A stretch of DNA of 64,000 nt from Tubiluchus corallicola (taxonomy: Eukaryota; Animalia; Priapulida): positions 1,054,001 to 1,118,000 of the forward strand of contig JAQGDQ010000003.1 of the NCBI GenBank assembly GCA_030141605.1. Direction: 5' to 3'. This document shows, piece after piece, positions 1-14,592 of this stretch. The position numbers and the translations under genes are program-made. The notes under the pieces are model-generated. The model was not told the DNA's origin. It worked only from the letters and a program-made list of their open reading frames with translations, and did no database searches. Numbering within the stretch: position 1 is the stretch's first letter; each line of letters opens with the position of its first letter.

Positions 1-3000
1 GAGAATAGAATATAGTTAGCAACTGTTACCATTCTGCATGGCCTGTGATTGGCGAACTCACTAAAAAACTCCATTAGAGCTTATTTTCCAAACGCCCAGC
101 TTCTTAGAGGTAACAATAACAATTTTTTTAAGTGTTGTTGAACTTTAAAATTGCGTTAAGTAGCCTAATTTACAACATTTGACAAATGTTTAATGCAAAA
201 CAAGAGAAAAATTCATTTAGCGGCGAATTGCAAGCAAGATGGAAGAATATAAACCATGTAGCTCAATAGCTAGGCTAAAGAATCAAGGCCAAGAAAGCCC
301 GAGGCATGACATGTTTACAATGGCTAGCTTGTTTACTACTATATCGCAGAACAGTTGTAAAATTTGTAAAACAAAACAAAACAAATAACTTTTACACAAA
401 TCTTTGTAAATAAAATACACATAAACATGTGTGCCATAGTTTAAAATTAAAAAGCGTCAACATTGAGCACTTTCCCAAAAAGGGCTAAAAATAGCATTCC
501 ATTTTCATTTAAGGAAAATATTTCAAATAATCATAGAAAAACGAATTCACTTAAAGAACGGCAATCAGCCAGCAGAAAAAAGCGAGAACTAAATGTTCAA
601 TATAGGGATTATATGGTGCCATAATTGCCATTCTAATTTATCCTGTGGCCTTTGGACATCACATGGAGCTGCCAGCCACATTTCACATGCATACCGGCTT
701 TAATTATTCCAAGTTGTTTGCCATGAAATATAAACACAGTTTAACAAACTGAGGCTATAAATGCAATCTGGCCAAGTACAAAGAAAACTGGTTTTTATAT
801 GACAAACATACACCGGGCGGCTAAACTATACGTATCAGCATTCTGGCCAACCCATTAAAAGGGGTCAATAATCTATATAAGACTTCTTGAAGTGCACGAG
901 CTCATTTTTCAGTGGCATCTCCTTTTTGTATATGTCATCGCTAAGAAAATGCCCGTTGGCGTGCGATAGATGAGACCTAGGTATTTACTTGTGGCAATAA
1001 CCTGAATATGTTATGAAGCTGTTGCCATATGCATTTATATGCCCATAGACCACAATCACTTGTCGTTCGTGTGAAACGGTGGTATATGATTGATGGCAAG
1101 CTTAACATAACTTGACTACTGTGCAGCCAGGTATACTGAAAGGGTGCAAGAAGCATAGTAAGGATATCATTAATTAAACCTATAGAAACTTATCAATAAA
1201 TATAGCAACAAAGTAACCATTTATTATACTTCCGACCCGCCCACTCTTCAGTGATGACTTTAATGTGATTAGCCATGGTAAGTTGGTAACACCAAGTGCG
1301 GTGCAGATTAGGTTCGAATTCAAGCACCTTTTTCGATGTAACTTCCTAACTTATGTACAATTGTGTTTAACTTTAGCGTTCCGTTAAGGTGGATTAAATT
1401 ACAAAGGATGTTAGGGTCTGCAGCATGTATTACGTCAGCATATTTGGATATGTATGCGATTTTTACAGGAAACCAGTGCCAACTTTAAACCAAAGCTCTG
1501 AAATGCATTCTTTGCGTTCGCAAAGTGAGACACAAAAGGAAGGTTTCCGTCACTGGAAAATTTTGTCCAATGGTGACGTCATTGCTGTGCTCACGGACCG
1601 TTAATTCAGTTTATCAGCTGCACTAGAATGAGAAACAATTTGGCAACACTTGTTGGAACTGTAAACTGTACTACTTTACACTTAGACCGAGATCCGAGAT
1701 ATGATAAAAAAATCCTCTCGTTTTCTTTATGTTTAGATTTGTGTCGAAAACAAATTAAATTTTTTGAAAAATAACTTAATGAAATTTTTTGTATTCTAAC
1801 CTAAGCACATTCTTCGCTAACTAAGGAAAAGTATAAATTACTTTATGCTGTCAGTAAGAATAAAAACGTGGTTTTTAGGCGAGTCAGTGGTGCACAGCGG
1901 GATGGTGATGTCGCGACGTTTTATCAGTTGACGTGAACATTTTAAATTATTACAAATTTTCTTTTCCAATTGCACAAGTTCTTTAAACAATTTTGGGAAA
2001 TACTTCAAAATTCCCCTTTCTTCCCTTTTAACTAACAAAACATACAGCTTGGTAAATGTGAGCTGTTTTGCTATCATACACTATTTGTAAATGAGTCAAA
2101 ATTGGGTAAAAATATCTTTCAAGTGACCTGAGTGACTTCTGACCCAGGACCTGTTTTCAGCAATGCTTTGTAGAGTATGTGCTATATATATAGGATACTA
2201 AAATTTTATAATATTTTATCAATATTATACCTACTTATCTCATGAAATGAAAGACATTTAGTGTTTGCCATATACTAAAGAAACCAAAATGTTTTTGGTA
2301 ACTTTGGTTTCACGGAAACATATTTTTCTATATTTCAGATCCATGTATTTAACTTCATACAGAATAAGTGCATATTCCTAACTCTTAGAGCACGTAGAAT
2401 AGTTACCTAGTTGCATGCTTAACTCATGAAACACGCTACATTAGCCTTACACGTGTAACTGTCCGGAATAAATTAAATTGCACAAATTAGCCTGGCATCA
2501 ACAAGTCAGCGCAGAGTAGATGGATTCGAACTCCCGCACCTAATTTATTATCAGGCAGCTGCTATTATGGAGTCGACACACGTAACTATCTTAATACTGA
2601 AGTAATGATCACAAGATATCGTCCCATTATGGGCTAACAAATGTGTTTCCATCACCTTTATTTAGCACTCTTGACAATATCTGTACATCAGACGAGGCTA
2701 TTAAGGCTTTGAAATTGTGAACAAGCTCCCGAAGGATTTGTCCTTTTAATGCTGATTGTTGCCTGATGGAGCAGTGTGACGAATGACAAAAAGAGCAGGG
2801 AGAGACGGAGCAATGAGCGAAATATTAGGAAAGGGCGTCTAAATGATGCGGACGTAAAAGCTCATTAGTTAATGAATTTGAGTGGTATATTTTCGCGCAC
2901 AGACAATAGTCAAACACGTCTCATAAATACAAGACTATATAAACCTATTTAGAACTGGAACAAACTGACATTCTAACCGACTGAGACAGAAAAGCTAGAA

Positions 3001-5309
3001 TATGCGAATGTTAGCATTGAAACAAATATTACAACCCAGCTTGGTGATAATGATAATGATGGCGGAAAAGTAAATTAAAGCATAAAAAGATTAAGAAGTT
3101 GTTGCCAACAAATCTAAAAAAATATATACAGTAATTCAGTATGTCGCTTCTAAAGTTAAAAGATATGTGAGTTTTACAGCTAAATATTATTATTATTATA
3201 TTCGACTGCTGAATGACGTTATCTGACATGTTTGATTCTATCGAATTATAAAAAACATAAATATTCCAAAGAATCAAAGAAAGGAAAGAAAAGTTTCTCT
3301 TTGTTTGGAGTTGAACATAGCTCATGGTATTCATTTTATAAATTTTCCAGTTGCTGTGTAGAAAAGCTATTATACTACAGAGCAATAATATTCCTGGGTC
3401 AGCCATGTAGCAAATAGCAATATGCATTTGTTTACCCTTTTACACTTTAATATATGGGGATAATACGTGATGCTTCGAATACTCAGCTGTTCTGCGAGTT
3501 TTAGATATTCCTCCTTTGTATCAGCCTGCAAAATTAAAAGTCAACCGGGCTTCAGCCTTCATCATCTTCCGCTTGTGCTGCCACCACTCGGGAGCAGATA
3601 CTCGATACAGAAGCATAGATTTGGACATTCCTATGGATAACACTGACAACATGTGCCAATGGCTGCAAATAAACAGTGATGAACTGAGTCAGCAGCTACC
3701 TAAAAATATTTGATTACCACGCATGCCAGGGATAGCCAGCATTGCACTTCCTCACTGTTATTACCCCATGGCGCCTCTACCAGGGTGCTCTTCTTGTTGA
3801 GATGGGGTGAGGTGAAGAGGCTTCCATATGCATACCTGCTTTTCAGTCCTGCGATTTACCTAGCCAAGCGTTTAGCAAGTACGTTGACACATCTCTTTTA
3901 CTAACAGGAAGCCACGTCGAAACTCTCAAATACGGCCGAGAAAATGGCAAGTCTTCCTAGCGAAAAAGCATGCAGCATCCTATACAGCGAAGACGATTAC
4001 CGGAAACAACTTTCACTTATCCACTTTAACTAGGAGAAAGCGAAAAACTATCCCAGAGGGCGTGCGGGTAAACCATAGCACGCACCTTTTAATCTAAACA
4101 GTGGGAAGAAAACCGTGATTGCACTGCACAGCACTAAAAAGCAGATTTTGGTTCTCTCAGTTCTATAAAATGATGCAAGAAAAAAATAAAATGAATATGA
4201 CAGCAAAGCAGCATCGGTTAGTTGTTATTACAAGAACGGAGAAATTTGTGGACTTTTGATCACAGAGTGAAGACGACAAAGAAAAACAGAAATAAGAAAG
4301 GAAATAAGTTCTTTAGTTACCTTTCGGGCACGGCAAAAACGATTTGCTGTATCGATAAATTAAAATGTTTGCCAATACTTATTTCGTGCGCAGTTCGTAA
4401 GAATTTGGTGGTGGTTTTGCTCGTCAGTTATTTGTTTGGGTCATTAAAGTGCACAGAAGTCAGGCTGATCAATGAATGTTCAATACAGATTTCTATGCTA
4501 ATATTTTATTAAAAAAGTCATGATTTTGCTGACGCTATATACTTCAGCACATATTTCTTCTTTTTCTTCAATTATTTTTTATTTATCGTCGTTCTTTGTT
4601 GCTAAAAGGTTGCATATATTGTTAACATAGAATTAAAATTATACTTACACTAAAATTTGTATACAACCAGTTTAAAAAACAGTGGCGTCAAAATAAAGCA
4701 CACATTAAAGTTAAAAGTTAAAATAACAATATACGTATAATATACAATGCTTATAGATTTACAAAAACGATTTCAAAATGTTTTGTTACACAAACAAACA
4801 CATTCTAGAACATCTTAAAAATTATAGAAAAATGGTTGCAAATTTAAAGTTATTTTGGAAGAAAGGTGTTGCAGTAGGTATCTATTGCAGGTTATGTTTG
4901 CTTTGCTAAATTTTTTCATTTACTTCATTATAATTTCAGTTTAAATGAGCACAATTTGGACAAATTAAATATTAATCAACAGTGAGTTCCAAAGCTTTAT
5001 ATTGGATGACAAAAGTACAATTAATTTTTATTTTTTTAATTAATTTATAAGCAATTTGCTACTAAATGCATACCCAAAATAAAAGCATAATTATTATTTA
5101 TAAATATTTGACATCTTTTAATTTTAAATACATGTATTTATATAGGAAAATAATCCAAACATTAGTTAATTACTGGGCCTGGCATAGTTGCAAGTGTCAA
5201 TTTTGTAGTGGAAAAACAATAAGCTTAACACATATTGGACAATTTACATTGAACTGACCCTACATAATGATGTTCAGCCAGGGAGTAAAGTATGGCAGTA
5301 ACTGCAAGC

Positions 5310-5645
5310 AATCATCCCACCACTACCGCCATCATCATCATCGTCATCATCATCATCATCACCACCACCATCATCATCCATCACCATTACCATCACCGTT
5401 ACTACCATTATATTCATAGTCATCTCATCAAAGTCATCACCATCATCATCATCACCAGTACACTAACGCTACATCTCAGCTACTGTCACTGCCAATGTCA
5501 TCACAGTCATCATCATAACCACCACCGCCACCGCCACCGCCAACACCATCACCAATACCACCGACACCACAACCCCTCCACCACCACCATCATCATGATC
5601 ATCAAGATCATAATCATGATCATCATCATCATAATCAAGCAGCAA
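5310..5645. repeat. Degenerate (CAT/CAC)n trinucleotide repeat
   Basis: Runs of CATCATCAT and CACCACCAC; explains the poly-I/H/T ORF 5292-5657. Confidence 0.9.
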
Positions 5646-8600
5646 GCAGTTAGATAAGTCAGCTCTGGCTCATTTCAATTCTACTCGCATAAGAAACATG
5701 CTCAGTAATGGCAAACACGACAAGCATTTCCTCACATATACAAGTACGCCATCAAGCGGACAAATGAATGACTTATCCGAAACCAGGTTAAAGGAGGGAC
5801 CTCGTTCCAAATTTTCTCTGTCCTGGACGCCTTATTATGCAAGAAGAGGAGTTCCTGGTGAATGGTATAAAAAGTTCCTGTGTGATTTAAAATGGATATG
5901 TGTAAAGAGCTACCCCCGCAAGCAGCCGCCACCCGCCATTACTGACTATGACAGTCAGACAGAAAAGTGACAAATCAATCGGTAATTTGATGAAAACACA
6001 GCAGCGCGAACCTCTATAAATGTTAATTGCTATGACGGAAATCTGCTTTGTCAGCGGGGAGGCAAGACGGCTAAGAACAATGAGCGATTTAATTGCCTCG
6101 CTGAAACATTCCGGCGTGATGAACACACCGCGCTGCCCTGTTTACACTCAACTTTATAGCGGCCAAGTGCCAGAGTTAAACCCAAGCAGAGTCATTTCAC
6201 TGAGCTAAATTACAGGAAGAACAGCAAAATCAGTTAATTACTGACAGTTTATTTAGCACTTTTGTTCTGTGGAGGCAGGCAGACGCAATCACAATTGCGG
6301 TTCATGATCTTAAATTCACTGGTTAGTGAAGCCATACGTGAGCGCGCGACCGGTGAGTATTCCTGCAGCAGAGTGAAAGCTGAAACACGCGTGGGAAGCT
6401 GTATATCTCGGTGTATCAGCAGCCGAAAAGTTTAACAACACCCCGAAATATTAATCTCAACCACTACGCAAAGCTACATAAGAAAGCAAAGGTTTATTTT
6501 GTTTTAAAAGTAAAATTCGCGAAAAAAGAAAAACTAGTTACAGGGCGCTTAGAAGTACCAGCTTGATGCGTTTCGCAAAAATACCTGCAAACAGTAAAAA
6601 TACTTGCAGTAAATAGTTTAAAATCTGTAAGCTTATAAAGCAATTGAGTTTGTTAGGATCATTACAGAAAGTATCATACGGTAACATAAGAGCAATAAAG
6701 ATTACTGAAGTAACACAATACAATATGCAATATTTTCAAAAGTTTCGGGTAAAAAACGCGATCTAAACTCAAAGCTGTGAGAGAATCGCGTTACTGTTGT
6801 TAGTCTTTAACAGATCCCTGCTATATTTCACTCACTTCACAACAAGAATGTTAGGAAATCATTAATTGATGGGCGACTTTATTAACCATGCATACTTTAT
6901 AAAATGGCTAGAAGATAGCATTAAGATAACATCATCAACGAGCATTGTACCTATAATTATAAGTAATCGATAAATCTTATTAATTAAGCATTTGCAGTAT
7001 AATACAGCGCGTATGAGCGTTGCTGTAAGACTGAGTCAGATAGATGAAGCTAATCAAACATATATAGCAGAGATAGTCATTAATTATTACTAAATAATTG
7101 TCCAGGCTGAACAACAAGTATTATGCTTGTAAATTGAATATAAACACGATGCCATAGCAGATGGCCTATTTCTCATAGACTTCCAGCGGTCAGCAGGGCT
7201 ATCACATTGTTAATGAAGGATGAGATAATTAAAAGCTATCATTAATTCACTGCCCTTCATCTGGTAAATGCAAACATGGTTATACACAGAACTCAGACAC
7301 AGACACAAGTTTATACTGATGTGATCACAGTCACAGTAAGCACAGATTACAAATTCTCATTTGATTCAGAAGTAACGGCCACTCATCCAGCTGTAAACAA
7401 GGTAGACGTCACTTAACTACTGATACTGGCAACGTTAACATGGGCACTACATTCTACGTAGGAAGACTGAGAGGAATTTCCAATGCACTGGCGAACACTT
7501 CACAGTTTTACTGGTGCGTATTGTATGATTTTTGCCATGGCGTTATTATACAGAAATGATTTTTTTTTAATTCTTAAAAGCTCAACTTTTTACTCAGTGA
7601 GCCCACAAAGTCATATTAAAGACGCATGCTAGTTACTGCATGGGCAGACAGTTTTTTTATGGATCACGACTCAACCGCTAGTGACCGAGCCACTATTTCA
7701 GTGCCTCTGTAATTTATAGGCAACACATGAACCTATCAGATTCATTCTGCCATACGAAACCCAGCCAAATATACCACAGTTAATGGAGCCGCGGCGCTAG
7801 AGAAAATCAAGCCCAAGAAATCTACACAACATTCTCAAAACTGAAAACTAAACACACGCAGTAAACGGTCTTTATGATAATATTGCACTAACACCATAAG
7901 CCGTATCAACGCAGTTTTTCAAGTTTATAGGCGACTCTATATGTGACCACGTGAAATGAAATAATGAATATGCAGTAATGTACTAGAATGCTGCGTAGTG
8001 TGTTGAATTGCCTACAAAATGTTGTGAATTTTTTTATACTAATTTTGTGTAATTACAAATTGCAGTGCACAGATTTCTTTATTGCACATTCATGCACAAT
8101 ACCAATCGCAAGCAATCTTAAATGAGACGCAAGAACAACATTTCTTGCGTAGTGTTAATATATACAAGGTCACAAGTTGAAAGCCTTTCTACCATGGTGT
8201 TGTTGTTAGCAATTAAAAGTTTATAAACACCAAAAACGAGAGGACAGATAGAGCAGAGAAACCGACAGAGCATGCAGTAACGAACGAAGAAGGAAAGTTA
8301 AAATGAAGCATTATATAATAACGTGTACAAGTGTTCCGACACTACATATTACAATAACGCCATGTCATAATATAAATGTTCCATAAAATAAATACGAGTG
8401 TTTAGACAAAGAGGTCCTACATCTATATATATATAGCTTCACTTAGTTTGCAGTTTGTGAACGGATGTTAATTCGCTTATTTTTTACGGTGCTAATTAGT
8501 TTTGCGCAATAACAACAGCCGGTTTTACAATATTATTAACAGTTACTGAAACTAGTGTGTAAATTTCCCGTTTGTCTGTCACTTTGTATACATAATCACT

Positions 8601-11600
8601 TTGTAGGATAAGAAAATTGAAAACATGCACAAGGAAGCACTAAGAACAGCTGCTTAGACGTACATAAATAGTTTGACATTTGTTCACTTCCGTACAAGCA
8701 AGTCTTGCTACAGATCAAAATAATTAAGTGAATCTTCCTACATACAACAGTGCTAACACTGTTCTTCAGAAAAGGCGACACAAGTCTTAACATTAACAAA
8801 GTTAATAGTCAGCAAATGCCAGCCATAAGAGATTATTAAGGCAGCTGTGCAGAGTTTGAAAATCCAGAACTACCAATCCCAGATTCACATCGTCAATCTA
8901 TGTCAAAACCATGTGTCATAAAGCTCATATGGTATGTAGCTTCCCCTACGATCTGGGACAATCGCAACAGGAAGGCTATCAAATTAGGCCCACCATGTTG
9001 TGCGGGACAGCAAGAGTTAGGCGAATAAAACATAAACATGGCAGCTATTATAACTTCATAGGCACAGCCTTTGGCAAACAAACCCCGAGGTGGTAACCGT
9101 TTCCAGGGAAGGCATATCCTTATAACATAGTGTGGGGGACTAAGGATGTTTGATGTGGAAGGAGTTCTGCTGTTGTGATCAGCTAAAGTTGCAATAAACT
9201 CAAAATGCTTGTCAACAAATTTTGAAAGCACGTTTTGGCAGGTAAATCATGATCCATGGATCCTTTTAACATTTTAGGGCGGTCTCTACAAAGGAACAAT
9301 AATTTGTGAACTACTACATCAATTCTGGCCAAAGTCTGGTTTAAAGAAAGTATATATATATATATATATATAATAAGTCTGAAAACAAGCAAAACATTTG
9401 GAATGGGCTTTAAATATTAAAGTTTGGGTTTAGATATTAAAAAGTGACTTAACATCTGTGCTGCCAACAGTCAACGCATGCATAATGAAAATGTGGATCT
9501 AGTGAGTCAGAAACATTATGACTTAAATACACCAACTAAACTTCAGGATATCAGAGGTCAAGTGTTGCCAAGTCAACATCCAAAATAGACTAAAACTTTT
9601 TGTGGCATGATCTAGCAGAAGATGACAGAATATATGCATAAACTCCCTTACAATGTGCAATGTAATCACAATATAAGTATTTTGAATGTACAGAATGGAG
9701 TTTTATATTAATTAACAATAATGACGATAAAGGCAAAAATGACTGTTGGCGTCAAAAATTTCAAAAAGAGCTCCGTAAATAAATAATCACTAATTTGAAA
9801 TCTGCTGGATGAACTAATGACTGACCGAGAGAATGAATGAACGAACAGACAAACGAATAAATAAATAGATAAAACAAGAAATGAACAAATGATGGAAAGA
9901 ATTGCTAACGTGATTTTAATGTTAGTCTGTATCAACCTGACGTTGATGGACAGATCCTGGAAAGTTATTGGACAGATCAACCATCCAACACAGTCAGCTC
10001 AAGCACCAATTAGAAAGCATAGGTGAACATAGCCTGACAAAAATGGTTGTGGATAGCAAAGAATCAATTATACGTGATTTTTTATAACTTACAGTTCAAA
10101 GCCAACAAACCAGTGCTCAACCCTCAACTGCGAAGCCAACTTATTATACTGCTAGCTGTGGCAGGACCAGGACATGTTCATTATGAAGAATAATTCTCTG
10201 AGATGAGATGGTGAACCAGGCAAATATCTCAATCACATTTAGTTGCACACAGATCATATCAAAGTAAGACCAATAGTCAGAGGCAAACCACACTAAGTAA
10301 TTTTTTGGTAGTCACCCCCCCCCTTTTAGTTCGTAAGCACACAGTGAGATTGTTCCACTTATGCTCCTGTCCAGTCTTTATTGTTATAGCTTATAAATAC
10401 TGTCACCTTATATTGTGCAGAATTCATGCAATTAATTTAACACAATTACTATGTCTTCACTTAATTGCTTAACGTTTATTAGCTATAAATATCGGTAAAT
10501 ACTTCAAACCTATACAATAAATGCTCATACTCTGACTTTTAAGTTGTATAGGCTATGTTAGCCCAACTATGTAACATTGGCTCTAACATCCTTAGAAACA
10601 TAAGAGCTCACCTTTTCTGAGACGTTCTAAAATTTTAATTTTTAAAGAAAGCTGGTTTATTTGAATAACAACAAATCCATTAATTTTGCCATAGGTTAGA
10701 CATATTAAAGGAATAATTACATTAATTTATTGTGTTTAGTGACTAAACTCCCACAGTATTTAGGGCCAAAAGGTCGAGGAAAATACATGACCGCCCCTAG
10801 CTGTCTCTCTTCGATTTTTTCTTACAAATGCCTTTAAAGCGTTCACGTTACTTTATATATATTATAAGCGAACTCTTTAACTTAATACCCTCTGTGTGAA
10901 ACTGGAGACAGTGTTGCAGTCGAGTTGGGTTTTAAAAGCCATAAAAAAGGTAGGCTGATCCGAGGTGCTGGGAAAAAAAAGAAAATTTTACACAGTTTTG
11001 TATAGACGCATTTTAGGCTTAAAACCAGTTTACTAAATTAAAACACGCTATTATAAGCGCAGACACAACGGCGTCATTGTATCGCAATTTATTTATTCAA
11101 ATGTCAGTGTCGCCAGCACCTGTGGACATTCCCCCATAAGCCCAAAACACTTAATTCCACAAAAAAGAGTTTGAATATTTTTTCAAACATGTCCCCAGCA
11201 AGAGCTGTAATGCGTTGACCTCTTTATCCGTGTAAGGCAGTTTATACCCCGCATCACATGCCTCTGGGTTTACTTTCATTCCAACAAATCAGAAGTTTGG
11301 TATTATATCTCTCACACCAAACCAGTTTTCAATACGTAGATAGCAGGGAACCAGTAATAAAATAAATGAAGGTACATACTTTATCGGAAACAGGTTTTTG
11401 GAAGTATCGCATAAAAACGCATTTTTCTGTTTTTGTTCCCAGATATCTGCTGATTTAGGTAATATCTGCAGGTAAACATCACCATGTTTGACACTAAGAA
11501 TTTTTTCAGTCACAAGCTCATAGGGTTAGAATGGAAATTTCCACTCTCCTGTTTGCTAAGTTTATTTACACGATGTTGGATTGTAAAAAAAATGTACACA

Positions 11601-14592
11601 ATGTTCATCTCGTATATATGCGGGCTCTCTTAGCAAATAGTGAAATAGGTTTGTACAGGAGGCAGGCGCAGAACTTTACAAAACTCAGAATTGAAATGCT
11701 TTTACAGTTGCAGAATCATTTGGCTAAATAGGAAGAAGTAAATACTGCGCATATTGCGTCTATATATACTTTTATAACTTACCGATTTTACAAAAACTCG
11801 TACTACCACATATGGTTTCAGAAAATAATACAGCAAAATTAATCTAATTAGCATGAAAACATAAGACATTCCTTTATTCATTAGTTAACGCGTTGAATTA
11901 AAAGTCTCTAATTTATACTTATTTAGGACATAGGGTGAATTGTTTTGGGTAATTAATGGATGGCACACTTGTTAAAAATGCTGCTAAATGGCCAATGAAG
12001 TATCGAATACGTTACACTGATCTAAGCGGTAAGGAGTTGGAAAACAAAGAAAAATCCAAAAGTTTTGAAAGCGGTTGAATTTTTGTAGCGCTTACGAACT
12101 AGGCGTGATAGCTGCAGTAACTGTTGTCCTTGGGTGCAGACGCCCACGCAAAAATGTTTCCGCAACAGTTTAACACTTTCTGGGTCATGACGAATCGAAT
12201 CACAAATAAATCGTGCGAAATCACCAAGGATTTATAAACTTGGTAATGGTGGACGTTTGGCTAAATAAACAAGTCCTCATTTACGTGATTCCAAACAAGA
12301 ACTTCGGCCATTTTGGAGGAAAAAACTAGATGGGGAAAATGATTTTATCTGACTAATTTGCGTCTACCAACACACCTGTGAGAGAGAGTTGCGTAATGCA
12401 GGAGGAATAATATTTGGGATTACATTAAATTTGCACTGCTTACAAACGTTTTCTGCAATAATATCTAAAACAAATATTACAAAGTGGCTAACATTTGCAG
12501 TCGTCCAGAGCCCTTGAAACAACCAATTTGCAACATGCAGGACGGGACTATCAATATATGGACACTGAATAGCAAAACGAGGGACCAATTTCCTATTGCA
12601 ATCTAGAGTTTAATATTTATGAGGCAAGTGCCTGAACAACACACCTTCCAATAATTCCACTTACCACCTTCCAGTATGGTAAGTCAACAACTGCTCGCTT
12701 ACAATGCGCCTGTGATCAGTAAAATACATAAAAATCTTCAGGAGGCAGGTAACAGCCTGTAAATGAAGCCGGCATCGTACCGTGGAACAAAAACGTGGAC
12801 CGCAAAAAAAGGTGTAGCTGAACAAAACAACTGTGAACTTTTAGCAACTTTTTAAATGCTCAATACTATTCTTGCGAGGCCGAATAAGGTAGTTGCTGTC
12901 CATAAGCTCCAGCTCCCCATCTTCCTAGCTCCTCCTCCTGGGTGTGTAAATACAGGTCTACTTAAGCGGCGGGAAAGGACTAAGATGGATGCAGCTAAAA
13001 GAAGATGTAAGATACGTGTGAAAAATAGAAAACTTGTTCACACTGTCAACCTGATGGGAACGCAATTAATGAGGTCTTGTTTTAGTTTAAATAGATCAGA
13101 TGGAAGTCATGTATGGAGAGCCAAAACAACGAAAGTTAAAAGACCGCCATGTAGCTTTTCAGTAAAGCTAATCGCTTTCTCTATTTTTTTTTATAAAACA
13201 ACAGTTAATTAAGCAGTCTAAGCAACTACCAACTAATCTGATGATTTTTTTTTGGTAATTTTTATGCAAGAATTATTGCGTACCCAGCGATAAAAGAAAA
13301 TCAAACCTTTCCCATTAAATCGTTTATTTTGACAATAATTTATGCAACTTCAAACACATTATGTCAGATTAGAAACTGAGAAACAATTATTAAAGATTAA
13401 TGAAATAAAAAAATTATAGTCGATGATAATTTAAACTACACGTATGATGTATAAGTGTAAGGATGTATGCGTTTGTGTATGGATCTATGAACTAACTGAA
13501 TAAGTTTTTATATTAAGGGCAAAACGAAAACCTAATTTTTAGTTATGGTCTTATCTTTAATACTTTAACAAGTTCACTCAATCATAATTAAGTAAAATCT
13601 GGTCAATTGTACTAACTATTGAGAGCACTCTATCAATAATCTAGAAATTATTTCTATGCCACAGGTAAACATGGTCATTGAACTCGCTTTTTGTGGCAAT
13701 TACAGCTTTGAAAAACTTTGAAAACGCAACGCAAAAGGAAAGAGCTAAACTAGGTAGGCAGGTCCTAGATTCTTAACTCAACCTAGAAAGTTTACTCTGA
13801 AAATTACTTTAAAGTATTTGCTGCTTGAGTTGGTTATTGCTACCTTCTCCAAGTGTCTCTACATGAGACAAAAGTCTAGTAAAACACACCAAATTCAAAT
13901 TCAAAATGTGTTTAGGTACAACTGCAGTTCATCAGTTTTCACTGTATATAGTACCAGGAATCCAAAGTCATTTCGGCTCATATTTATGTGGCGTCCCAGA
14001 TTTTATATCAAATATTTGATCAAGCCGTAGGCAGAAAACCCATCAAAGGAGGTAAAAGTAAGGGATTACACCTATCCAGTACACCGATCACGTAACTGGC
14101 ACACCAAAGACCAGTTTCATTCTATATAAAATCTAGGACATTAAACGCTATTCCATTGAGAGGTACGTGTTTAATGGAATGCTGCACAACTGCATCCACG
14201 AATTTGGTAGTCTAGTCAGGAGGTGATAGGAAATTTATTAGGCAGGTGTTACAGATACGATCACACTCACTTTTTCAAAGAGTCCATGAATCATAAGGGA
14301 CTTGACGTGCCTTCTTCCACAATATTGGCAAAAGCATTAAAGTTGATATGAAGTGGTGGTGATGAAAAATGTACTTTGATGGACAGTTCTTTACACAAAA
14401 TTAATATATTAATTCGACAACTAATACAAAATTTAAGTATTGGAATGGCTAATGGACTCATCCACATTACCATTGACTGTAAGCTTAATTATCTCAATCA
14501 GATTAAATAATTATTAAGGCCTGTAATTATGAATGCATCAATGTATATGTACAGTACAAATCAATAAGATAGGTTATTATCGAAAGCCTCAC

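Noticed and set aside
1265-1330. tRNA gene (A-box and GGTTCGAA B-box-like motifs)
   Set aside because: No acceptor stem or cloverleaf can be formed; more likely a decayed SINE head.
4321-4380. Minus-strand donor AAG|GTAACT in the ARID3 intron as an alternative first exon
   Set aside because: There is an in-frame stop 13 codons upstream with no ATG, and no further support.
5292-5657. His/Ile/Thr-rich 121-aa ORF
   Set aside because: It is the translation of a CAT/CAC microsatellite inside the ARID3 intron, with no splice context.
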